The notes under the pieces: model-generated
Seen by the model: the letters and a program-made list of their open reading frames with translations, nothing else
Database searches by the model: none
Told to the model about the DNA's origin: nothing
NCBI GenBank assembly: GCA_048881705.1
Contig: JBHLSH010000078.1
Span: forward strand, 1 to 17,742
Source: Candidatus Heimdallarchaeota archaeon
Lineage (GTDB): Archaea > Asgardarchaeota > Heimdallarchaeia > Hodarchaeales > Hodarchaeaceae
Length of the DNA stretch: 17,742 bases
Direction: 5' to 3'
In this document: positions 8,251 through 15,996 of the stretch, piece after piece
How the letters are laid out: each line of letters opens with the position of its first letter
Position numbering within the stretch: the first letter of the stretch is position 1
Translations under genes and position numbers: made by a program

Positions 8251-9747
8251 ATGAATAGAGTAAGGTTTTTCCGGGTAATAAACGCAGCCGCCTTTTTCAT
8301 TCTTACCTTTGCTCAAATCATCATCGTCAGCTGGATTTCTATCAGTCAGGAACCCAAGGTAGAGCCATGGAAACCCTTGCCATCATTAATTGGAATAGAA
8401 GGAAACCCACGAATATTGGGTTTCTTCATATCGATCAATCCGTTTGCCGACCTTCAGCAAACAGCCGTCTTGGTCCTCTTAACTGCAGGATTGCAGCTAC
8501 TCTTGTTGGCTTTTTTGGTGTCAATAGTTTTTTCCAATAAGAACATGATACAGATTTATCCTGAACCGTTGTATGGCCCGGCTTATGCCGCTGAGGAGGC
8601 ACCTACTGTTGACCGCACGGTTCAACTTGTATCACGTATGGCTGCGAGAGTGAATATCAAGGTAACCAAAATTTTTGTGTATCGAAAAGCGGTTCCCAAC
8701 GCCTTTAGTCTCGATTTGCTTCCAATCCCATTTTTCCGAAGACCTTATCTGGTGTTAAATACTAATGTCTTGGAAATACTTAGCGATCACGAAATTGAAG
8801 CTGTTATCGCCCATGAACTCGCCCACGTGAGCCATGGTGACAGTTTAGTTCGATTGGTGCTTTCTATCCCGCGTCTCTTCCTTAACCTTGCATACATTTT
8901 CATATATCTCCAGATATTCACGGGGATTTTGAATGCGGTTTTTGATTCATTTAATACCTTGGCTGCTATTGAACGAATGCTGTTTCTTGCCCTTATCTAC
9001 CTTGTTGTTGCGATCGTAACTCGCTTTACTTTGAAGTTTCTTTATGCAGCAAATCATCAGGCTGAATATCTGGCGGATTTTTTTTCCGCTCAATTGGTGG
9101 GAGCTGAAGTTTTAATCAATGCCCTCATCCACCTTGGGCAACGAAGTGAAGCCATGCAAGTATTAACACGCGAGATTGAATGGTTGGAAAGTCTCTCTTA
9201 CGAAAAAAAACCTTCAGTCTCCTTTACTCGAGGAATTTACCAACGGTTCCCTAAGACTCAGCTTGATGAAGATGTCGCACGTGAAATCGCTCCTCGCCTC
9301 TTTTTGGAGGAGAAACTCGATCAACTGGTGAAAAATTATGGTATCGAACTGGATACGGAAATGCGGGATCAATTAATAGCACACGCGGTACCAACACTTC
9401 TACAACGCAGGGCAAAGTATTTTGCGGACTTAGATGACCAAAATCAGGATCTTACTCCCACTACTTTAAAACAAAAAACAATCGATTGGCGACATTTCGA
9501 TTCCGATTCGAATCAATTTCTTGATACCGAGGAGATAGAAGGATTTATCGGCACACTAATAACAGAAAGGGAAAAAATGGTTTTCGAACACGAGTTGTTC
9601 CAAATCCCAGAGGGGGATGAGGATCATCCATCATTCCGAGATCGTATTTTGAAGATTTTCAGAATTTATTACCCCGACAGATACCAAAACATTGTGCAGG
9701 TGTCAAAAGAATCGGATGATAAACCACAACCAGGTATGAGTGCCTGA
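8251..9747 (+). CDS. M48-family (HtpX/Ste24-like) membrane zinc metalloprotease with a large internal insertion bearing an EF-hand-like loop
   Basis: N-terminal TMs, PNAF motif, HELAH zinc motif (8812-8826), two TMs, third-ligand motif AEYLAD (9061-9078), and distal HPSFRDRI (9625 onward). The start is uncertain: ORF track 8116, GTG 8221 or ATG 8251 (preferred; TATA-like ATATAAA near 8183-8189). Confidence 0.88.
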   Translation: MNRVRFFRVINAAAFFILTFAQIIIVSWISISQEPKVEPWKPLPSLIGIEGNPRILGFFISINPFADLQQTAVLVLLTAGLQLLLLAFLVSIVFSNKNMIQIYPEPLYGPAYAAEEAPTVDRTVQLVSRMAARVNIKVTKIFVYRKAVPNAFSLDLLPIPFFRRPYLVLNTNVLEILSDHEIEAVIAHELAHVSHGDSLVRLVLSIPRLFLNLAYIFIYLQIFTGILNAVFDSFNTLAAIERMLFLALIYLVVAIVTRFTLKFLYAANHQAEYLADFFSAQLVGAEVLINALIHLGQRSEAMQVLTREIEWLESLSYEKKPSVSFTRGIYQRFPKTQLDEDVAREIAPRLFLEEKLDQLVKNYGIELDTEMRDQLIAHAVPTLLQRRAKYFADLDDQNQDLTPTTLKQKTIDWRHFDSDSNQFLDTEEIEGFIGTLITEREKMVFEHELFQIPEGDEDHPSFRDRILKIFRIYYPDRYQNIVQVSKESDDKPQPGMSA

Positions 9748-10629
9748 TTAGGAAAAAAGTACTTTCTCGAGCATTAAAGGTATTTCTTGAGCCTCAACTG
9801 GCATATAATATAATCGAATGTTTCCAAATCGTCTTAGCTGTCCAATAATGGGCTTAGTTAGCTGGAACAGGTGTTTTCGAGGGGTAATGATGATTCGTAC
9901 ATCTTTAACTTTGGCCAACAGAGGTATAAAGTTTTTTCCGCTAGTGGCCAAAAGATCAGACATTAGAATCAAAGTTTTATGCGAACTGATTTGAGTTTCA
10001 AGCTCCTTCATCGCGGCCTGGACAGCCAGAAAGATGTTTGTTTTTCCACCAGAGGCTAGTTCTATCAAACGTCGTATCATCTCTGTTGGTGTCATCCAGG
10101 AGTCCCGAAAACCTTTCAGAATGTCAGGTAAAGAATCAAATCCAATTATCGCTAGGTTGTTGAGATCGGTCGAAAGACTAAATAAAATCGATGTTAATAT
10201 GATTAGTCTAAGATGCTGCAAGACAGAATGTGATTTATCTATTAACAGGACAACAGGATAGTGGCGGCGTAACCTCCTGATGGATACTACGTGTTTATAC
10301 GTAAAATATAGATCCCCTGATTGGAGGTAGTTTTCAAGTGTTTTTTCTACGTTCCAAGGACGGCCTGGACTATAGGGGCTTGTTTCTGGATATCTATTTC
10401 TATCGATTTCCTTGAATATACGCATAGCCTGCCGATATAGCCTGGGGATAAGTTTCCGTAGTAAAACCTGCCTTTCTTCATATGAGTAATAGGGCCGCAG
10501 CTGAAAAACCAACGAACTGGATTCTAGTATAAGATCCAAGTGATCAGTGTCAAGAGGCAAAAGATTCACTAGAGTTCTGGGATAAACCTCTGAGAGAACT
10601 TCAATTGCAGGTATATTACGCTGCTTCAC
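9748..10629 (-). CDS. von Willebrand factor A (VWA) domain protein, CoxE/ViaA-like partner of MoxR ATPases; the true 5' end probably lies further upstream
   Basis: Complete MIDAS: LLIDKSHS (DxSxS, 10225-10239), GGKTNI (T) and LMSD (D). Adjacent to a MoxR-type ATPase. The frame remains stop-free upstream to 10854. Confidence 0.88.
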   Translation of the reverse strand: MKQRNIPAIEVLSEVYPRTLVNLLPLDTDHLDLILESSSLVFQLRPYYSYEERQVLLRKLIPRLYRQAMRIFKEIDRNRYPETSPYSPGRPWNVEKTLENYLQSGDLYFTYKHVVSIRRLRRHYPVVLLIDKSHSVLQHLRLIILTSILFSLSTDLNNLAIIGFDSLPDILKGFRDSWMTPTEMIRRLIELASGGKTNIFLAVQAAMKELETQISSHKTLILMSDLLATSGKNFIPLLAKVKDVRIIITPRKHLFQLTKPIIGQLRRFGNIRLYYMPVEAQEIPLMLEKVLFS

Positions 10630-10763
10630 AGCTTCCTTCGTAAACTCAATAGAAGCTTCAGGATCCAGCCGTTGTTGTAATTTATATTCATATATTCTTT
10701 CTAGAAGTGATTTCTTTGACTTTATCTCGGAAATCGTGTAATCATTCGACGCTATTGGGTATT

Positions 10764-11636
10764 TTAGCCGTTCTTCTTTCCTTTTTTTTTTACCTCTGGG
10801 AAAAAAACTGGCAATGCTAGGACTTCCAAACAGTCCTCTACGGATCGAGCTTCGTCAGAATGAGGTTTTACCTTTTTAGAAAAGACCGCATTTATGGTAG
10901 CAAAAGTTTTTCTTTGAGTTAGGGGGTGGTGGTCTAATAATTGGGTGAGCTGTATTGTTGCACGAATACTAGCCCCTGATTCAAAGATACCTGAAGTTCG
11001 TGTCTGCTCAGTAAACTCAACAGCTTTGTTAATGAGGGAATCATCAGTACACTGGGTCCGAAGGCGTACAATTTGTTTGGCTTCTTCTCCCGTTTTGTGG
11101 TTCAATCGAATAAGTATACATCGGTCAAAAAACGCTTCTGGTAACGGGTTTGTACCAACATAGGCAGCAGGATTAAGAGTAAATATTGAATAGAATTTTT
11201 GATGGGCCTTAACCCGAGATAGCTGTGGAATCTCTATCTGGCGTTCTGTTCTATCCATCGCAGCCAAAACGCCATTTATTGCCTCGCTAGGTGCCCTATT
11301 GACCTCGTTAAAGAAAAACAAGCCTCCTTCTTGCATGGCTTTAACAAGAGGACCAGGTACAAAACTTTTTTTGCCGAATCCTGACTGCATGACCAGGGGA
11401 GGGTCAAACCAACCCCGGAGATGGGTTATGGTCAGATTCTCGTCCCCATCGACACGATAAAAAGGGCGGCGTAAGGCATTTGCTATTGTCTTCGCAAGTT
11501 CTGTCTTTCCTGTGCCCGATTCCCCTTCAATCACTACTGCAATTTGGTTTTCAATGGCAGCGAGTACTAGCTGAATTTCAGTCTCCAGGCCCACTAGATT
11601 AAGTTGACATTCTCTTGTTATGGTTTCAATATCCAC
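10764..11636 (-). CDS. MoxR-family AAA+ ATPase (CoxD/CbbQ/NirQ-like)
   Basis: Walker A GESGTGKT, helix-2 insert region ending in PGPLVKAM, variant Walker B LFFFNEVNR, sensor I LNP, arginine finger FFDRC. GGAGTGA lies upstream of the GTG start. Confidence 0.92.
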   Translation of the reverse strand: MDIETITRECQLNLVGLETEIQLVLAAIENQIAVVIEGESGTGKTELAKTIANALRRPFYRVDGDENLTITHLRGWFDPPLVMQSGFGKKSFVPGPLVKAMQEGGLFFFNEVNRAPSEAINGVLAAMDRTERQIEIPQLSRVKAHQKFYSIFTLNPAAYVGTNPLPEAFFDRCILIRLNHKTGEEAKQIVRLRTQCTDDSLINKAVEFTEQTRTSGIFESGASIRATIQLTQLLDHHPLTQRKTFATINAVFSKKVKPHSDEARSVEDCLEVLALPVFFPEVKKKGKKNG

Positions 11637-11688
11637 AACGGGTCACTCCGACCACTGGAATCAGCCGACAATTCGAAAAAACTGCTAC

Positions 11689-13524
11689 CTAGTCATTTTC
11701 TAATAATGGTCGCTTTAATCGAACAGTACCTTGGTCTTCATCGAAATCTACCCATCCATCGGACTCAAGTTCTTTTATCAAGCGCACCGCAAAAACCAGC
11801 TGGATAGCAATGGTTTTTGCTAGTTCACCTACACTAGCATGTTTTATGTCTTGTAAGACGAAAAGAATCGCGTATTTCGGATTCTTAGCAAGATTAATAC
11901 GTAGAGTTTCCACTGCCGTGGAAAGTTTTTCGTTCTTAGCTACCAGCCGCTTTTGATTGCTCATCAACGACTCGATTTCGTCGCTCTTTCTCACTAGTTC
12001 TTTTGCTGAGTCCTCAAGCTTTCTTTCAAGGTTTCCTTTAGATTCCGTGATATCATCGATCTGTAATTGTAGATTCTGGAGTTGAACTTCATATAAATCC
12101 TTTTGGCGCTCAATTTCCGCTTTAACTCCACGAGAATCGGAGGCCTGTTTAGCGATTGCCTCTTGTCGTTGACGTATAAGTTCTAGATCGTTTTGGAGTA
12201 CATCTAACTCCCGCTCACGGGCTTTTACTTGAGACTGAAGATCAGAAATCTCTGATTTTTGTTGTTCGTTCTCGATTCTTGCATCGGCAAGTTGGTTACG
12301 CAATTTATCGCGCTCAGATTCAATAGAATCAATACGAAGGTTTTTCCCCTTCTGATCGATCTTTATATCCTCCACTTCGGTCTCTAGGGCGCGATTTTTC
12401 CTTCTTAGTTCTTCTACGGCCTCACTGGCTTCATCCAGTTTATTCTGAACCGTTTGGGTTCTCGCTGATTTCTCAGTTATTTCTTCCTTTAAGGCAGTAA
12501 TCTCTCCTCCCAAACGATTTGTAATCTCCCGAATTTCATTTTCTTTTTGATTTAACTGAGTTTTTACATTATCCAATTGGTTTTTGAGCGTTACGGCCGT
12601 TTGACTGGTCTCACCAGAGTCTAAAAGCAGATCCTCGTTTTCTTGTTCCAATCGAGAAATTTGTTCCTTCAGCTCATTGACGGTCGCCTCGTACATAGTT
12701 TTTTGCCTACTGGCCTCTTGGAACTGGGTTTTCAGTTGGTCAAGAGTTTCACCAAGTTTTTGATTTTCATCCTTGAGATGGATATTCTCCTCGGTATGGG
12801 AAACCAAAACCCTGTTCTCGGCTTTTAGGTTCTCGATTTCAATGTCTTTATTCGCCAAGGCAGTTTGGAGTTCTTCAATCTCCAGTCTTGTGGTCATAAG
12901 GGTGTTACCGACTGTTTCAAACTCAGCTTCAATTTTTTCGCGCTCTTTTCTGGCTTGCTTCAAATCTCGTTGACTTTCATCAAGTTGGGCCTGAAGCCGA
13001 TTAAGTTCTTGCATTTGATTCTCAATTTTCCCCGTGACCATCCCTGATTGACTCTTCAATTGCGCAAGCTCCTCATCTTTTTCGCCCAGAAGTATTTGAA
13101 GGTTTTCGATCTCCAGCTGTAAAGGCTGAATATCTGCCCCTTTGGCCTGAAGTTCGTCTCGTTCTTTCGAAACAACTTTTAGTTCTTCTCGAACCGTCTC
13201 CAGTTCTTCTAGAATATTTTTCATATCTTCTCCCGAAGCAAGCATCTCCAGTGAGATTTTTTCTATTTCCGTGTCTGCTAGATTTGTTAAGCTTTTAATT
13301 CCTTTTTTTGAGAATTCAGTGTGGGTTTCTTTGTTTAAGCTTAGCATCCTTTTTTTTAGTCCTTCAATGACATCCTCGACATCTTGGAGGGTATAATATG
13401 ATTTGGGCCTCTGCTGTAGGTTTTTAACAACTGATTTGGCTTCCAGAGAGATTTCATGCTCCATTCGACGAGCTTGCTGTGCAATACTTTGAATAAACAT
13501 AAGTTTGGGATTTTTATTTTTCAT
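11689..13524 (-). CDS. long coiled-coil protein (about 450 aa of heptad-rich E/K/Q/L sequence) with a C-terminal winged helix-turn-helix domain
   Basis: Near-continuous E/K/Q/L/R-rich helical sequence with almost no Pro. The C-terminal 65 aa (PKYAILFVLQ-SVGELAKTI-LVFAVRLIKELESDGWVDFDEDQGTVRL) follow the wHTH pattern. AGGTG lies upstream of the ATG. Confidence 0.85.
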   Translation of the reverse strand: MKNKNPKLMFIQSIAQQARRMEHEISLEAKSVVKNLQQRPKSYYTLQDVEDVIEGLKKRMLSLNKETHTEFSKKGIKSLTNLADTEIEKISLEMLASGEDMKNILEELETVREELKVVSKERDELQAKGADIQPLQLEIENLQILLGEKDEELAQLKSQSGMVTGKIENQMQELNRLQAQLDESQRDLKQARKEREKIEAEFETVGNTLMTTRLEIEELQTALANKDIEIENLKAENRVLVSHTEENIHLKDENQKLGETLDQLKTQFQEASRQKTMYEATVNELKEQISRLEQENEDLLLDSGETSQTAVTLKNQLDNVKTQLNQKENEIREITNRLGGEITALKEEITEKSARTQTVQNKLDEASEAVEELRRKNRALETEVEDIKIDQKGKNLRIDSIESERDKLRNQLADARIENEQQKSEISDLQSQVKARERELDVLQNDLELIRQRQEAIAKQASDSRGVKAEIERQKDLYEVQLQNLQLQIDDITESKGNLERKLEDSAKELVRKSDEIESLMSNQKRLVAKNEKLSTAVETLRINLAKNPKYAILFVLQDIKHASVGELAKTIAIQLVFAVRLIKELESDGWVDFDEDQGTVRLKRPLLEND

Positions 13525-13667
13525 GACTCTGCACCTGATTTTAGTTCTAATCTAGGGAAAGTAATTAGGAGAGATCAGGAATCTTTTCCACCAAATGAAG
13601 AGATGTAAGACCCGTGCTTTCTAGCTCTGAGGAGGTAACTAGACTTTACACCGTTTTTCTTTGGTAT

Positions 13668-14240
13668 CTATAATATATCTCTACTTATCTGTGTACTTTG
13701 TTTGGCCGATGTCCGAAGTAATTCAATCGATTTTTCGAACTCCATTAATCTGCCAATTACCAGATTGTATAGCGCAGTTTCAAGATAGGAGGTCTCTGCC
13801 TCTGGGTCATATCCAATTGCTTGAAGTAATTTAAAGTTCTGGTCTTTGACAGATTTGAGAAAAAACGGTAATTCTTCCAAATTCTTGGTTACTGCTTCTA
13901 ACACCTTAAGGGCGCTGCGTTCTCCTGTGATTAAATTCTGAATAAACGATTCAGCCTGTGGCAAAACCATAACTCGCAACCGATTACGAATATCAGCTGT
14001 GGTAAGAGTAGTATTTAAAGCAAGTTTCTTTGTCCACTCTACCATGATTTCATAATTCCTCAGACTGTTCTTTTCTAGCTTTATCCAGTTAAGTACTGTT
14101 TCTAATGATTCTTCAATTGCAACCAATCGACTATATTGCTCATCAGGCTCATATAATGATCCATGCAGATGTATGATGCCATCATACAACTCCTCCAGCA
14201 GGTCGTGGTATGATCTTTCTTTTTCTTCATTTGTGGCCAT
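13668..14240 (-). CDS. hypothetical all-alpha protein (190 aa)
   Basis: ATG-initiated ORF with natural amphipathic-helix composition, co-directional with the coiled-coil/AAA+/VWA genes. No motif recognised. Confidence 0.75.
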   Translation of the reverse strand: MATNEEKERSYHDLLEELYDGIIHLHGSLYEPDEQYSRLVAIEESLETVLNWIKLEKNSLRNYEIMVEWTKKLALNTTLTTADIRNRLRVMVLPQAESFIQNLITGERSALKVLEAVTKNLEELPFFLKSVKDQNFKLLQAIGYDPEAETSYLETALYNLVIGRLMEFEKSIELLRTSAKQSTQISRDIL

Positions 14241-14256
14241 TTTCGTCTCGTCTCAC

Positions 14257-14345
14257 TTTAATAAATTGTGAACATGAGCGATCTTATTGGTCTTAGATAA
14301 GGAAACAATCTATTTTAAAACTATTTAAACGTACGATTTTAAGGA
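14257..14345. promoter_or_regulatory. AT-rich divergent promoter region with several TATA-like boxes
   Basis: TTTAATAAA (14257-14265), TTTTAAAA and TATTTAAA (about 14313-14329) sit between the divergently oriented 190-aa gene and the serine hydrolase gene. Confidence 0.35.
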
Positions 14346-14629
14346 TGCCCTTAGAAAACGGGATTAAATCAAAGACCTTTGACACCAAGCTCCCAAGTTT
14401 TATTGTTTCACAAGCAAGGCAACTGTACTCTGATTATTCTGCACAAAGAACATCTGGAGAACCCTTATAAGGAAATCATGCATTATTACATCTGTTACGA
14501 GAAACAGAGAATTTGGCAATGAAGAATAACCATAGTTGAGGCTTTAATTAAAACTTCGTAACTCTTATGATTTATTCATATAATGATTTTACCTCTACCT
14601 CTTGGTTGCTAATCCCAAGGGTAAGAAAC

Positions 14630-15715
14630 ATGGATATTGACTACTTCAAAGAAAATTTTGAACCAGAAATAACGAGGAGGTTCGAGAATAGAGAATTTCC
14701 AGGCATGGCGATTTCTATCATAGAAGATGGAGCAATTATCTATTCTTTTGGCCTTGGATTTCGCGACATAAAAAATTTCAAAGATTTCAACGCGGATACG
14801 CTCGCACGATTCGGTTCATGTTCAAAATCATTCACCAGTTTGGCAATCCTCCTCTTAGAAAACCAGGGAAAACTTTCAGTAGATGATCCCATAACTGATT
14901 ATCTTCCGATTACCACAAGCACTGGTACGGATGCTATCACCATCCATCACTTAATGACTCATACTTCTGGTTTGCCGGATATTTTTATCGATAGAATGGG
15001 ATACACAAGAGATGAATATTTAGAGCGTGTCACAAACATAATCAAGGACTCCCGAGCTGATCTGGGGAGATTCATATACTCTAATATCGGCTACTCCCTC
15101 CTTGCGATGATCGTGGAAAAAGCCTCCAGGAAATCTTTTGATGAAGCGATGAGAGGACTAATCCTCACCCCATTGAATATGAAGAGAACCATTATGTTAG
15201 GGGATGAAGAACTAGCTTCTATTGATGATAACCATAGCATCCCTTATATGCCAAAAAAGGATGAATATGGCAATTTGACTTTCACTAAATCCGAATATCG
15301 CTTTGAAGAATTTACTAAGGGACCAGGAGGCATAGTGACTTCGTGTAATGAAATGCTCATCTATCTTGACATGCTGATGAATAATGGATCAGTAGGCGGG
15401 AAAATAGTATTTAAACCAAGTGTTATTGCGAAAAAACTGTCAAGATACCTAAAGGATGAAAATCTGACAAAAATGCTGAAGACTGACTCATTCGAGGGCT
15501 ATGGCATTGGTATTAAGGATGGTTACAAAGGGCAAACTTTCATGAATACCGCCGGTGGAATAGTGGGTGGTATCTCTCTAATCGGCTTTTACAAGGAGGC
15601 AAAGATCGGGTTTGCCTGTATCGGAAATTCCGAGGGATTTCCTCTTATGTTCATATATGATGTATGGGATAAGATTCTAGATAACGACCCTGTATTCAAA
15701 AATTGGAACAAATAG
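14630..15715 (+). CDS. serine hydrolase of the beta-lactamase/penicillin-binding fold (class C/AmpC-like, D-peptidase/esterase-like)
   Basis: PGMAISII, catalytic SxxK (GSCSKSF), LMTHTSGL, YxN (YSN) and LTPLNM. No signal peptide seen. ATG 14630 (MDIDYF) is preferred over 14567. Confidence 0.9.
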   Translation: MDIDYFKENFEPEITRRFENREFPGMAISIIEDGAIIYSFGLGFRDIKNFKDFNADTLARFGSCSKSFTSLAILLLENQGKLSVDDPITDYLPITTSTGTDAITIHHLMTHTSGLPDIFIDRMGYTRDEYLERVTNIIKDSRADLGRFIYSNIGYSLLAMIVEKASRKSFDEAMRGLILTPLNMKRTIMLGDEELASIDDNHSIPYMPKKDEYGNLTFTKSEYRFEEFTKGPGGIVTSCNEMLIYLDMLMNNGSVGGKIVFKPSVIAKKLSRYLKDENLTKMLKTDSFEGYGIGIKDGYKGQTFMNTAGGIVGGISLIGFYKEAKIGFACIGNSEGFPLMFIYDVWDKILDNDPVFKNWNK

Positions 15716-15996
15716 AACCTGGTTCATTCATGATGGGGTAAGGTAGAAGAAGGGCAATGACCTTGTGGGATTTCGACCATATTGATTGTAAGGATGGTCC
15801 CCTATTTTTAGTCTCTTGATCAATCGGCACATTAAAAACTGTTAAACCTGGCATCTCGGGAATATCAGAGCAACGTTGATATAAGCTGGGATCAAATGAC
15901 TTCCGCAACGATATGTCTATAACTCAGGAGTTAAGAACTCTATCCTTTTGAAAAAACTGGCCCCGTGGTGCCCTCAAAAATGGAGCTGACCGAAAA

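Noticed and set aside
9421-9465. Second EF-hand at DLDDQNQDLTPT
   Set aside because: Acidic, but lacks the position-12 Glu/Asp and the hydrophobic residue at position 8.
10720-10763. Stimulatory hairpin or pseudoknot downstream of the slippery sites, and the short ATG ORF MITRFPR
   Set aside because: I could only find weak 3-4 bp pairings, so no stimulator is claimed. The 7-codon ORF has no independent support.
10034-13047. Plus-strand and alternate-frame ORFs of 60-75 aa over the VWA, AAA+ and coiled-coil genes
   Set aside because: Shadows of well-supported minus-strand genes.
11689-13524. SMC/Rad50 annotation for the coiled-coil protein
   Set aside because: No Walker A/B, ABC signature, hinge or zinc hook; the similarity would come from coiled-coil composition only.
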